From Prorocentrum cordatum (taxonomy: Eukaryota), in contig CAUYUJ010000195.1 of the NCBI GenBank assembly GCA_963575745.1, positions 62,001-116,982 of the forward strand: a stretch of DNA of 54,982 nt. The letters are read 5' to 3'. The notes under the pieces are model-generated. The model was not told where the DNA came from. It was given only the letters and a program-made list of their open reading frames with translations, and searched no databases. Shown one piece after another: positions 11,091-30,990 of the stretch. Position 1 is the stretch's first letter. Every line of letters starts with the position of its first letter. The position numbers and the translations under genes are program-made.

Positions 11091-12659
11091 AAAACGCAGT
11101 CCTATCCTAAGAACGTCTAGCGTGACACCCATGTTGTTCTTCTTGAACAACTGAATCCCGTACTCTAGAAGAGGCTGCACTGGTCGTGAGTCGTGACGAC
11201 GGTCATGAACGATCGCCATATTAGCATGAGCCATGTCTTCATTGTTTTCTACTCCGCCTTGTTGGCGGTGCAGCGTTGTATTTTCATTCGCGGCAAGATC
11301 GATCGGCCAACACAGCGAGTGTTCTACGGTCACGAGCCTTTGCTTAGCGTATCTCGGCGGTGGCCCCACCGGCACGCTATGTTCTGCGAGCTGATAGCGT
11401 GTCGCTCTGCCTCGAGGGACGAAGGGTTGGGATGAGCTCGGGACGTTGACGTTTCAGGACTGGGGCTTGGTCTCCGAAGCATGGTGGGCCAAAACCAGCG
11501 GAGCGACACGCCAAGCAAAGGTTCCTGATTATATGTCTCTGACCGTTGGCCCTGCGGCAGGAGAGAAAAGTAAGCACACAAGCCGCAACCGTCGAGAAGA
11601 AACTGGATACGTTCTAGACTGAAAAGATGGGGGCAACGCCAATGAGACGGCGGTGGGAGGTACAATGGGTCGCTTGCGCGAATGATTGCACAAACTATTG
11701 CTGGGGGGGCACGACCTATTGCAAAAGGCGCGTTGCGTGTGAAAGAACACGCGACTACATCCACGCGCATGCGCCCAGACCGCAAACTATAGCATCCATG
11801 CCAAAATTGTGCAACCACTATTGTACATACTCCAGCCCCCCCCTTTTGTGCTACGGCTGGTTCGTGTCGCGTCGACCCCGGCGTCGGCTCCTGACGCCGC
11901 GGGGGTCCTTCAACCTTGAACGACCGGCCGTTTCGGAAACGCCAGATCGTTCAGCATCGACCGATGATGGGCTGCTGACGGCACTCAACGTTGAATGCCA
12001 ACGGCGGGGACACCGCCGGTCGACACGACGTGGATCTCCTGTACTCCGCCCCGCCGCATTCGTGCCACCCGTGGCGGCGCGCAGAAGGGGGGTCGGGGGA
12101 AGGGGGGAGGCTTCTCAGTGAGAGCCTGCTTCTTCGAAGGCGCCGGCCCTACACCTACAGATAAGGCCTCCGCCTCCTATGAAGCACGGGTGCTTGTAAG
12201 AAACCCTCCCCAGAAAAAAACGCCACAAACATAAAATGTTGGCGCTCCGCGCGGATCTTTTTGATCAGCGATCGAACCCCCCTCCCTGGCGCGCAGAGCG
12301 CGCCAGAGGCGGCGCCAGAGGCGCCGCTGGGGCGGCCCAGCGCGGATCCAAAAAACCCGCGCGGAACACCACGAGTTTAGGTCGATGGCGTGTTTTCTCT
12401 TTTTCGATTCCCCCCTCCCCCTGTTCCCCCCCGTGGCCGACACGCCCACCACTCGCACGTGACGGCCCTGCTCGTGCTGGCGCCACGACCCGGCCGCGGC
12501 CCCGCCCGCGAGCGCCCCGGCAGCGGCGTCATCCTACCCCCCGACGGCTCTCGCGGCGGCCCGCGCCCGCCCACGAGCCGCGGGGGCGCCCCCCGGGCCT
12601 CCCCCACTCCCCCTACCCTCCCCCCTGCGCGTGGCCGACACCCCCACCACTCTGGCTTA

Positions 12660-12824
12660 CACCCTGCGAAATGCTCAAGAAATCATGGGTTAAGAAATTC
12701 ATCGTCTCAGAACTTGCGTAAAAACCCAACATTCCTATTGAAATCTTAGGATTCACATTGAAACGTGAAGAATAATCGAGACTCTGGCCGAAAACCTAGG
12801 TTTTCTTAAGCATCGCCCAAGGTG
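12660..12824 (+). mobile_element. MITE family D (CACCCT...ATGCTTAAGAAA TIR, TA TSD)
   Basis: TA-flanked; copies at 13021-13184 and 49658-49822. Confidence 0.85.
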
Positions 12825-13020
12825 TAGATGCCCCACGCGCCGGCCGTGGCGGCGGCGGGCGCCCAACGCACCCGCCCCGGGCGGGCGGCGCTCGCCTGGC
12901 CGCGCGCTCGGCCTCCGCGTCGCCTCGGCGCTGCCACCTCCCGGCGGGCATGCCGCGGACCCCGCTTCCGCCGTCGCCGCCGCCGCCGTTGGTTGGTTGG
13001 GGTGGTGGTGGTGGTGGCTA

Positions 13021-13184
13021 CACCCTGCGAAATGCTTAAGACATCATGGGTTAAGAAATTCATAGTCTCAGAAATGGAATAAAACCCAGCACTTCTATCA
13101 AAATCTTGGGATTCCCATTGAAAAGTTAAGAATAATCGAGACTCTGGCCGAAAACTCAAGTTTTCTTAAGCATCGCCTAAGGTG
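13021..13184 (+). mobile_element. MITE family D copy
   Basis: TA-flanked, homologous to 12660-12824. Confidence 0.85.
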
Positions 13185-13189
13185 TACGG

Positions 13190-13303
13190 TCAGGAACTCT
13201 TGGATAGCGTCTCGGCGGCGCCCAGGAGATGCATGTGGGAGGTGCCCGCGGACAGCAGGGTGAAAAAGTGCTCGAGGGCAGCTCCAAAAGGCACGGGAGG
13301 TGC
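13190..13303 (-). CDS. candidate terminal exon of an unknown host gene (APPVPFGAALEHFFTLLSAGTSHMHLLGAAETLSKSS*)
   Basis: CAG|G acceptor, non-repetitive protein-like frame, TGA stop; no transcript evidence. Confidence 0.3.
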   Translation of the reverse strand, partial: APPVPFGAALEHFFTLLSAGTSHMHLLGAAETLSKSS

Positions 13304-13678
13304 CTGCGGGCGCGTGTGGAAAGCCCCGGCGACTCGAGATGCCCTGCAAATCCCTGCAAATGGATAGCGCACAGCATCCGGGAAACATCTCTACCGCCGC
13401 GCCAGACCACAATTCTGTAGGGAAGCTGCCGATCAATCGCAAAGCGGCGCGTTACTAAGAAAAAGAAGAGTAATAATACTAATAATATGATGATGAAGAA
13501 GACGAAGGACAAATGATTGCGACGACGACTATTTCTCTTGCTTCTACCTCTACTACTACTATTACAACTACGACTACCACAACCATTACCACCACCACCA
13601 CCACCACCACAATTACTACTACCGCCACCACGCCCACCACGCCCACCACTACCACCACCACCACCACCACCACTACTA

Positions 13679-15699
13679 CTTCCGCAGGCCGAAAGATTTT
13701 CCTCTTGAGCCCCACATGTCGGAAGCGACGCGCCGTTCAGGTGAGCGGATACATGTAACGCTCTCTTCGGGGTGGGGTAGATATGTTATGGTTGGGGATG
13801 CGGGAGTTGGCCGGGCCAACTCCCGCATCCCTTCCTTCCTTCCTCCTCCCCCCTCTTCCCTGATTATTTCTCTCCTCTCTTCCCCCCTTTGCGTCCCCTC
13901 TGTTCTCCTCCCACCTCCTCTTGCCTCTTCCCTCATCCTTCCCCTCTTCTTCCTGGGAAGACCCCCCTTCCCCCGTATAGTCATAGCATTGGTCTGCATA
14001 TCCACAGCTACGTGGATAGCATGATGCTTCACTTGCGGTGCTCCGCGGATCCCATTTCCCCTGGGTCCCGGATGTTAATTATTATTATACATTTTTTCCC
14101 GGGAAATAAAAGGATCCATCGTTTTTTTCACACACACACAGGAAATTGGATCCGCGCAACACAGAAATAGGATCCCCGAAACTCTCCCACACCCGAGAAG
14201 GGATCCAATTGGATCTATGGATGTTTTCATAACTTAGTCCAAGGAGAAAAACTTTCGGCCTGGGGATGAAGGATGTATCACCCCTTACGTAGGGGGAGAC
14301 GCAGTTCGAAATCCCACTGAAGGGTTTCACACCCCTCACGTAGGGGGAGACGCAGTTCGAAATCCCACTGAAGGATTTAGCACCCCACGGGGAGACGCGG
14401 TTCGAAATCCCAGTGAAGGATTTACCACCCTCACGTAGGGGGAGACGCAGTTGGAAATCCCACTTCCGCAGGCCGAAAGATTTTCCTCTTGAGCCCCACA
14501 TGTCGGAAGCGACGCGCCGTCCACGTGAGCGGATACATGTAGCGCTCTCTTCGAGGTGGGGTAGATATGTTATGGTTGGGGATGCGGGAGTTGGCCCGGC
14601 CAACTCCCGCATCCCGTCCTTCCTTCCTCCTCCCCCCTCTTCCCTGATTATTTCTCTCCTCTCTCCCCCCCTGCGTCCCTTCTGTTCTCCTCCCACCTCC
14701 TCTTGCCTCTTCCCTCATCCTTCCCCTCTTCATCCTGGGAAGACTCCCCTCCCCCGTAGAATCCTAGCATTGGTTTGCATATCCACAGCTCCGTGGATAG
14801 CATGATGCTTCACTTGCGGTGCTCCGCGGATCCCATTTCCCCTGGGTCCTGGATGTCAATTATGATTATATGCTTGGTCCGGGGAAATAAATGGATCCAT
14901 CGTTTTTTCACACACACACACACAGGAAATTGGACCCGCGCAACACAGAAATAGGATCCACGAAAGTCTCCCACACCCGGAAAGGGATCCAATTGGATCT
15001 ATGGATGTTTTCATCTTTTAGTCCAAGCGGCCTGGGGATGAAGGATTTCGCACCCCTTACGTAGGGGGAGACGCAGTTCGAAATCCCACTGAAGGACTTA
15101 ACACCCCTCACGTAGGGGGAGGCGCAATTCGAAATCCCACTGAAGGATTTAGCACCCCTTACGTAGGGGGAGACGCAGTTCGAAATCCCACTGAAGGGTT
15201 TCACACCCCTCACGTAGGGGGAGACGCAGTTGGAAATCCCACTTCCGCAGGCCGAAAGATTTTCCTCTTGAGCCCCACATGTCGGAAGCGACGCGCCGTC
15301 CACGTGAGCGGATACATGTAGCGCTCTCTTCGAGGTGGGGTAGATATGTTATGGTTGGGGATGCGGGAGTTGGCCCGGCCAACTCCCGCATCCCGTCCTT
15401 CCTTCCTCCTCCCCCCTCTTCCCTGATTATTTCTCTCCTCTCTCCCCCCCTGCGTCCCCTCTGTTCTCCTCCCACCTCCTCTTGCCTCTTCCCTCATCCT
15501 TCCCCTCTTCATCCTGGGAAGACCCCCCGTATTCCCGGGAAATAAATGGATCCATCGTTTTTTACACACAGGAAATTGGATCCGCGCAAAACAAAAATAG
15601 GATTCACGAAACTCTCCCACACCCGAGCAGGGATCCAACTGGATCCATTGATGTTTTCATATTTTAGTCCACGAGGAAAGAATTTTCGGCCTGGGGATG
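13679..15699 (+). mobile_element. three tandem TIR elements (13679-14268, 14463-15040, 15242-15699) separated by 4x51-bp minisatellite spacers
   Basis: Each unit runs CTTCCGCAGGCCGAAA...(TTT)CGGCCTGGGGATG; the whole array is TA-flanked inside (CTA)n. Confidence 0.75.
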
Positions 15700-22400
<6,701 letters not shown>

Positions 22401-23626
22401 ACGACCACGACGAAGACGCAGGAGGACGGCGGCGAGGACAACGACGGCGGACGGCGGGCGGCGGCGGGCGTCGGCGCGGACGGAGGCCTCAGGCGCTCCT
22501 TCGGCGGCGGTGCCGGCGGCACGGGCGCGGCCACTGGGGCCTTCGCCGCGCGCGGCGCCTGGAAGCGTCACCGCCGACATCGTCGCCGCCGCCGCTGTCG
22601 TCGTCGTCGTCGTCGGCGTCGTCCGTCGTCGCCGTTTTCCATCGTCATCGTCGTCGTCGTCGGCGTTGTCGTCCATCATCGTGGTCCATCGTCGTCGTCC
22701 GTCGTCGTCGCCGTCGTAGGCGTCAGCGTCGCTGGCGTCGTCGTCGTCCATCGTCGTCATTGAGAGTAAGAGGAGGAAAAGGAGGAGGAGGAGGAGGAGG
22801 AGAAGGAGGAGGAGTCGCAGTCGCAGTCGCATTCGCTGAGGAAGCGGGGTGAAGATTTGAACGGCAGAAGGGGCAGCGACCAAGGGAGCACGTGTGTCTT
22901 CCCGGATGGGCTTCGAGCGAGGAAGACGAGGTAGAGGACTTGTCTGAAAACGCGCACACACACATGCCTACCCGTCAGCGGGACTGCTGGCGAGGGCATG
23001 CTCCACTGCGCGCTCACGCCGCAGTGGGCTCCAGCCCCACCAGCCCCTTCCTACAACCCTTCGCGAAACTGAACGCAAGTTGTGCCGACCCCCCGTCGCC
23101 TCCGAGTTCAACGTTCAGTTGCGCGTTCGGCGCGGTCCGCGGACGCCGACGGAAAGCTTTGAGTCACGCGCTCGGGCATCAACGTTGACATCTGGTGGCC
23201 TGGGGGCGCCGACGCGGCGCGGGGAAAGCCTGCGCTGAGTTTCGTGCAGGGCTGCGCCCCAGGGGGAATTTGTTTCCACCCCGCGCCCCTGCGCCCTCCG
23301 CCCTCCTCCTCCTCGTGCTCCGCCGCCGCCTTCTGCTCCTCTTCCTGCTCCTCCTCCTTCTCCTGCTCCTCCTCCTCCTGCTGCTGCTCCTCCTCCTCCT
23401 CCGCCTGCTCCTCCCTCCTCCTCCTCCTCCTGCTGCTCCTTCTTTTCCTCCTCCTCCTCCTCCTCTTGCCTCCCCCCCCCCGCGCCAGGCCCTCGAGGTC
23501 GGCGCGCGGCGGGCGCCGTGCGCCGCACCCGCGGGGGCTTCGCTCCGCGACCCGGGGCTTCGCGCCGCGCTGCGCGACCGAGAAGAAATGTTGCCCACCG
23601 GCGCGGGCCCGGCTCCGCGACCGGCG

Positions 23627-24089
23627 CCCTGACTCCAGCTCCGCCCTACTCTGTGTCCCTCAATAGTTTTGGGGCCCCGGACTACAGGTACCCCCCGGAC
23701 TACAAGTACCCCTCCCCCGGACTACATGTTACCCCCCCCGGACTACAGGTACCCCCCCCCCCCCCGGACTACAAGTACCCCCCCCCCGGACTATAGGTAC
23801 CCCCCCCCGACTACAGGTATCCCCAGAACTATTGAGGGACACAGAGTACTTTGGCTTTTTTTTTTTCCAACTTAAAATTGCGTCGGGAATCCACCTATGA
23901 GAAGCCGAAAAAGTAGGGCAGCAATTTCTGCACCCAGCATAAGATAGGCGAAACTACACAGAAGCAGGGCGGAAAACAACAACAGAAAAGCAGAGCGGAA
24001 ATCGGCATCAGCGGGGCTTGAAAAGTACGGCGGGAATTCTAAGCCCTACATACGAATATCCCCAAAGCAGGGCGGATCCGGAGTCAGGG
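23627..24089 (-). mobile_element. MITE family G copy with nested MITE H
   Basis: Reverse complement of 1493-1751, apart from the insertion. Confidence 0.8.
23649..23846. mobile_element. MITE H (TIR CTCTGTGTCCCTCAATAGTT, TA TSD) with internal GGACTACAGGTA(C)n tandem repeats
   Basis: Perfect 20-bp TIR; TA duplicated relative to the uninterrupted G terminus. Confidence 0.88.
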
Positions 24090-24855
24090 TGGGCAGAGCG
24101 GCTCCGCGACAGGGGGGGGCGCCTCGCTGCGCGAGGGGAGGCGCTGCGCGCGCGGGCTCTGGACACGCCAGGGGGGCCGTCGCACCAGGGAGCGGCGGCC
24201 TGGGACGCGCAGCTTCTGGGCAGGCGGTGCATGCACGAGGATCGGCTTCGGCGAGCATTGGAGGCCTGGAAATGGGCACCACCACCAGTTCCGGGGGCTG
24301 CCTCCGCAGGGGGGGAGATGATCCAAGAATGCGGGGCTGGTGGTAATATTTCGGTCACCTCGGAAGCCAGAGTATCACCACCATCACCGAGATCGGGATC
24401 GTCTTCCCTTGGTGGAGGCACACCGCCGATCTTGGTCTTGGTGTCAACCTCTACAGTGCGGGCGCGGCCGCAAAAAACCCTCGCAAGAAACCCAACCCTG
24501 AGAACCCGCGCGCGAAGTGCACCCGAGGGGCAACCTGGAGCACCCTGAACGCAGCAGCTCCTTCGACGGCTGCGGGAAGCCACCGCGCAGCGCGAGGAGC
24601 GAAGAAACCCAGGATGCCCAGACGAAAAGCATATGGTTTCTTGATGCGCGCCCCCACTGTAAGCCTGCGAAAGTAAGCCTCGCGCGGGAGCGGCGCCGCC
24701 GCGCCGCAGCGGCGGCGCCGGGCTCCGCGGCCGGTGGAAGGCCCCTTGGAAGCCAAAACATCACCACCACCACCGAGATCGGGATCGCCTCCCCTCGGTG
24801 GAGGCACACCGCCGATCTTGGTCTTTTGGTGTCAACCTCTAGGCCTGCGAAAGTA

Positions 24856-25031
24856 CAGTCGGGGCGTTGACCTAAGGAACCCTTAATAAGGAACGAGGCC
24901 CCTTTGTTCCATGGGTTAAACTTCGAGTTCCCGTCGAAAACATAAGGAAAACCTGAGGCCAGCTGCGAAACAATCAAGGAACACCGAGCCCCTCCTCAAC
25001 GAAAAGGGTTCCTTCTTCAGCGCCCCGACTG
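24856..25031 (+). mobile_element. MITE family C copy
   Basis: TA TSD; the paralogous empty site is at 24663-24743. Confidence 0.9.
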
Positions 25032-26149
25032 TAGGTCTCGCGCGGCAGCGGCGCCGCCGCGCCGCAGCGGCGGCGCCGGGCTCCGCGGCCAGTGGGAGGC
25101 CCGGGTCCGCGACGGGGGCGCGGCGCCTCGCGGGGCGGCCCGGCGCGCGCGAGCGCAGGGCGCGCGGGCGCCTCTCGCGGGGGGGGGGGTCTGCGCCGCA
25201 GCGGCGGGGGCCGCGCCTCTCGCGAGGCGTGGCGCCTCGAGGCAGCGGAGGGCGGAGGCCGCCGCGGCGTGCGCGCGGCGAAATCCCACGGGCTCTGCCG
25301 GGGAATCGCCAGGATCCCCGTGCGCAGTCCGAAGCACGGCGGAGGAATGCTCTGGGTCCTCGGCTTAACCCCCCCGGGCGATGCAGAACGAGCCGTGTGA
25401 GATTCCGACGAAATCTGCAGAGTTGTTACGAACCTTCCTCAAGACCCCGTGGACAGCCTCAAGACTCCATCCCACAACACTTCCTCAAAACTCTTAGGGG
25501 GAATACTTGGAGTTCTTCCCAGAACCCCTGGGATCACGTTGGAGCCCCGTAGGGCTTCCGACGAAGCCCAGGAGGAGGTGGAAGAAGAGGAGATGGAGGG
25601 AGGACAAGGAGGAGGAGGAGGAGGAGGAGGAGGAGGAGGAGGAGGAGGAGGAGGACAAGGAGGAGGCGGAGGAGGAGGACAAGGAGGAGGAGGAGGAGGA
25701 GGAGGAGGAGGAGGACAGTGCGGTCCGAAGTCGTTCCTCCCCCTTCCACAGCAGGCTCGCGCCTGCGCGCTCAGGCTGCGCGCGCGGAGAGAAGAGGAAC
25801 GGAGGAGCGGGGAGGGAGAGACAGAGGAGGAGGAGGAGGCGGAGGAGGAGGAGGAGGAGGAGGAGTCCCACCCGTTGGGGGCCGCGTCCTGGCTCCTCGA
25901 CGACTAGCGGGGCAGCCCCTGCAATTGGGGGGACCTCCGAAAGATGACTTTGAGACGTGCCTTGGCCGTCTGGCGAGAGAGAGAGAGAGAGAGAGCAGCA
26001 GATGGGACAGGGCGAGCGCGCAGAGCTTGAAAAGCAGAGTGGAGGCAGTCTAAGGCAATAGGACAGGATGGGAGAGCCGTAGGAGGAGGAGGAGGAGGAG
26101 GAGGAGGAGGAGGAGGAGGAGGAGGAGGAGGAGGAGGATCGCAAGGCGC

Positions 26150-27230
26150 CAGTGGTCAAAGCCAAGGCCAACAACAAACACCTGGACACGGTGTTCGAGA
26201 TGGCAAGCCTTCCCACTGGACAACCGCCACCAGCCATGACATGTGGAACCGACCGAAGTGAACGCCATCAGGACATGGTCAAGCGCCTAACCAACAACAT
26301 CAGCAGCAGACACCATGACCGCGATTCTGCTACCTTTAAGATCCAGGCCCGCAAGATGATCTCATACTGTTTCACGTATCTGAGCAACGCTGGCGACCGC
26401 TACGATCTGGACCTTGGTATGGACACCGACATCCGCCTCGAGTACGACCAGGTCATGAGCTACGTCGAGCATCGCTCAACCATGGCTTTTGGTAAGGTCT
26501 ACGAGAAGCGCGCCCATTCAACATGACCCAGCGACAGACACTGCTCGCCCACTACGTCAATCACCAGCTGGCAATGATGCTGACCTGTCATATCGACGAC
26601 GAGTGCGACGACCTACCTGCATCACCAGCCGTGGTTGCGCAGCGGCACAGCATGCTCATGTCCATCAAGTTGGGAATACGTTCTAACCCCACATGCATAC
26701 CGACGCCATTCCCCTTCACGCGGTTCCAGAGCAAGACTGCCACAGCAGCATTGAAAAATATAGCCGAGCTGATCAGCTCCCAAGACCTGCAGCCCAACGA
26801 CGCCGCGAGCGAGCAACACGACGCACAACCACCAACAGGGCAGCCACACAAGCGAGCCATGACCTTGAGAAGCCCACAACAGACTGAAGCACCAGCCCGC
26901 GAGATGATCGTCAGTCTGATCCAAATCATCGTGAAATGCCCACGCAGATGCATCCGTTGCAGGGCCATGAGCTGAACTTCAACAGTACCCCCAAACAGGG
27001 TCAACCAGTGGGACGCAGCCCTCGCAGAGCACGCACCATGAAACCAACAGCACACAGCTCAACAAGGGCAGTGCGCTAACGTATTGGAAATCGACCTGCT
27101 CCAACACCACGACCCTGACCCGAAGGCGCAGTTCCAATCAGCGGCCAGCAGCCACCAGCCGACGCCTACGGAGAACATCACGAGGATCGCCGACCAGGAC
27201 ACGGACACGCCCCCCGTCGACATCGGCCTA
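26150..27230 (+). pseudogene. decayed intronless coding-like sequence of unknown, probably mobile-element, origin
   Basis: Consecutive overlapping non-repetitive ORFs (124 and 150 aa) joined by an apparent frameshift; interrupted by a small TIR element at ~27233-27431. Confidence 0.35.
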
Positions 27231-28177
27231 CCTGGGCGATTTCGGAAACCCTGGACCCAAAAACGTTTTCATCTCTTGGGGGCACCTGTGTTACTTCCGC
27301 GACCTTCCGCCGCCCTTCCGCTGGCTTCTGCCGGCAGAGGCGGCCTCGTGTTCCTTCCGCCGGCCTTCCGCCGAGGAAGCGATGGCAATCCTTCTATGTT
27401 CGCAGGCGAGGCCTTTTTTTCGAAACGCCCCACCTGACTACACTGCACAGCTGAAGGCGCTGACCACGAGCCCGCAGGGTGAAGGCCATGACGAGAAGCA
27501 GGTCCACAGCCACAACCAGGCCGCTGCGACCACAGCTGACGATGGAAGGAAGCCGTGGCCACCATCTCACACCGCTTACCAGCAAAACCAGAAGGAGCAC
27601 CAACACGACATCACTACGGCAGACCAGAGACTCCCCCCTGAGCCCAGAACCTGCGAGGCTCACGCCTCTTGACGGGACCAGCCGTACGGCGGCCCGTCAG
27701 TGCGCCATGATCGTGCACAATGTTGTCCACCCATGCTCCATGACAGACAGGAGATAACGCACCAGGTGCTACCTCCCCATACCACATCTCGGCACTGCTC
27801 CCTTACCAAACGCTCCGCACTCACCAACACGATCGGCAGCAGCACAGCTGGATATCACACTCCATACCCAATCTCTGACGGCAGCGAGATGCGGACGCCC
27901 AGATGTCACAGCACACGGCGAGCACACGCACATTGGCTATACTACGCCGTGGGTACCCTCGGGGCAGTTTCACCCACAAACTGCATCATCCGACGTGCGT
28001 GGGTCCTTGCGGTGCTCTCTCATCCACAAGTGACAGCAGTGGGTCCCTGTGGGGCATTCTCGCCTACAAATCGAAGACATTTGACGAACACGGGGGCTTC
28101 ACCAACCTCCAACCTACACTCCCTCCTGGCACGCCTTCTCGCTTCCCCCCTCCTCTCGCTTCCACTCGCTAACCTTA

Positions 28178-28311
28178 GGTCGGGCGCTTCCCCCTACAGG
28201 CGGATTTTGGATAAGAAATTCAAAAGTGTCAAAAATATTCAAGAGTAGTAGAAAAATCGTCTCCATTTGACTAATTTTGGATATTCATCATGTAGAAGGA
28301 CACGCCCGACT
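28178..28311 (+). mobile_element. MITE family B (TIR RGTCGGGCCTGTCCC, TA TSD)
   Basis: Homologous to 37442-37597, 49059-49219 and 53036-53191; partial copies at 33481-33529, 33538-33640 and 35838-35935. Confidence 0.75.
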
Positions 28312-28502
28312 TTTAACGCTAACCTCCCACCGTCCCTCCTCACGTGGTGGCGGGAAGGGGCTCGAGATTACAGTCAACCGGTATAGCAAGGATGCGCGAT
28401 AGGGACGCAAGGGCCCTCGACGCCCATTTCCAAGCCCTTCGAGCGGGGCGCGGCCAGCGAAAGCGGCGCAGGATGGACCGAGGAGGCAAGGATGCAAGGG
28501 TA

Positions 28503-28688
28503 CCCCAGATTTCGTAATAAAAGGGAGGGGGTCCCAACCCTCCCAGACGAGCCATTTCAGACCCCCCCCCCCGTGGGAGAACCCTCCAAAACATCGTCCC
28601 CAGACCCCCCCCAGGCCCTCCAAGATAGCCTGGAAGAGACCCCCCCCCCCGAAATGAGACCCCCCTCCCTTTATTACGAAATCTGGGG
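28503..28688 (+). mobile_element. MITE family E (TIR CCCCAGATTTCGTAATAAA, TA TSD)
   Basis: Perfect TIR, TA flanks; copy at 33296-33478. Confidence 0.88.
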
Positions 28689-28898
28689 TACCCTCAGGAA
28701 GGTTGCCCATCCTTACTGTGCGGGCTGACTGCGCGGGGGGGGAAGAGCGAGGGGGCACGCCGCGGGCCGACCCCCCGCGCGAAGGCCGAGGGCGGCCGTG
28801 GCCGCACGGCAGCGCGCCAGGCGATATCCCCCGCCGGGCGTCCAGGCCACGCGCCGCGCCTGCGTGCCTTTCGTCCGCCATCTCACCCACCACTATGC

Positions 28899-29065
28899 TG
28901 AAGGGGAACTGGGACACGCAAAGGAAGAAACACAACTGACCAGATTCCCCACATTTTCTTATATATCTTCTGGGTTTTCGTCTCCCCCCCCACGTCCCAT
29001 AGTTCCCCCTATCTTCCTGGGGATCGACGATTCCTTGTGTCTGTGTGTGTTTTCTCCCCTCCTGA
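28899..29065 (+). mobile_element. family A copy
   Basis: Flanks TATGC / TATGA. Confidence 0.8.
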
Positions 29066-30959
29066 TATGACTCGCGGCGCCCAGTGCCGTGCAGCGGCGT
29101 CCCCCGGGCGCCTGCCCACACCATCAGCCAGGGGATGGGGTACAGGGGACCCTGGCGAGGGTGGCCAGCCGACGTTGGAGTCCCCGGGCCTGGCCCCAGA
29201 GCCCCGCGCAGAACCCGAAGGTCGGGCGCGCCCACTTCTGGAGGAGGAGGAGGAGGAGGAGGAGGAGGAGGAGGAGGAGGAGGAGGAGGAGGAGGAGGAG
29301 GAGGAGGAGGGAGGAGGAGGGAGGAGGAGGGAGGAGGGAGGAGGGGGGAGGAGGAGGAGGAGGAGGAGGAGGAGGAGGAGGAGGAGGAGGAGAGGAGGAG
29401 GAGGAGGAGGAGGAGGAGGAGGAGGAGGGGCCGGCACGCCCTGGCCGGCCGCCCCACCCTTGAGTGCACACTGGGCAGGTAGGGCGCACGAGCTGCAGGC
29501 GAGCGTGGCGCCCGGGCCACGGGCAGCCAGGCGCAGACCTCCACCCCGCTCGGAGGAACCCCACCCGGCCGGCCCCGAGGCGTGCGCGCCGAGAGCCCCG
29601 TGCCTGCCTGCGGACGAGGGATCCCGCCGCTGTCCTCGGGGGCGCCCGCGGGGGGCGTCCGTGTGAGCAGACGGAGGGGCCCCTGCGCCTCCCCCCGGGC
29701 CAAGGGCGTGCAGGGAGGCCGCCGCCTCTTGCGCTTCCGGCTGTGCACGCCTTGCACGCCGCCGCCTGGCGCGTTGCGCCTCCAGCCTGCCTCTTGGGGC
29801 ACCTCTCCCACTGCTGCCCCGGCTACTTCCCCCTTCCCTCCCCTGCACCGGACGCCGCCGGCCTCGGCAGCCATGGCGGTGGCCAAGGCCGCCGCGGGCA
29901 GCAACCATGTTCACCGCCCGCAGGCATGTATCTTCAACTTACCTCATGCCTCCCTCCCCGCCATCAGACGTCACCGGCTTCGGCGGCCACGTTTCGCTCA
30001 GCCCTATTAGCGCAGCAGCCGTCACATTGAGTGCCCGCCCACCGTTTCCATGCAAGCAGGGCTTGCTTGGGTAGAGCGCCTGCCACATCTACGCCCCACC
30101 TTCAGCACACAGCCTGGAAAAGCAGGGCACCTCAAAGGAGGGGGACCCTGGGCACCCTCCAGGGCGCTGGTCCAACAGGGCCAGTGGACCCGAATGAGGG
30201 GGGACCCTCACGAGGCCCGCGGGCCTCCCACCCCTTTTCAGCCTGCTGCAGCCGCCAGCCTTTCCCCCCACCCCCCCTCCTCTTCGAGGTCATCATCCCT
30301 CCTCCCCTCTCCTCCCCCACTACATGAATGTGCAACCACTGCCGCGCTGCAGCCACTGCCGCCGCACCGAGTTTCCCCGCCTCCTCTCTCCCTCCTCGAC
30401 TCCCTCCTTGCCTTCCTTGCACTTACTTACATCGTATAGCTCCCACAGCCAGTCACTATTGTGACCAAGCTGTTTGGTTTGACCAAACCCCCAGGGCCGA
30501 CCGGCCCTGGGGGGGTGGGGCGGCAGTCGACGGTTCCTCACGCCACCAGGAACCAGGAACCAAGAGGAGGAGGGATGGAGGAGGAGGAGGAGGAGGAGGA
30601 GGAGGAGGAGGAGGAGGAGGCGGAGGCGGAGGAGGTGGAGGAGGAAGAGGAGGAGGAGCAGGAGGATTAGGAGGAGAGGGAGCAACACAGCCACAAGAGA
30701 GGCCAGAAGGGGAAAGTCGAAAACAGGGGGCGTGGCTATTGTGGAAGACTCTTTCGAACCACTGCGGGGCAGAAGAGGAGGAAAGGAGGAGGAGGAGGAC
30801 GACGACGACGACGAGGGAGGAGGAGGGAGGAAGAGGGAGGAGGGAGGAGAAGGAGGGAGGAGCAGGAGGAGTTTTTTTTTTCCAGCAGTTTCATTTCTCA
30901 CGTGGTGAGGTGGAGCAGGAGGAGGGTGAGGAGCAGGATGGAGGAGGAGGAGGAAGAGC

Positions 30960-30990
<31 letters not shown>

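Noticed and set aside
14269..15241. 51-bp hairpin repeats as CRISPR or tRNA (GTTCGAAATCC resembles a T-loop)
   Set aside because: No spacers, and no cloverleaf can be built.
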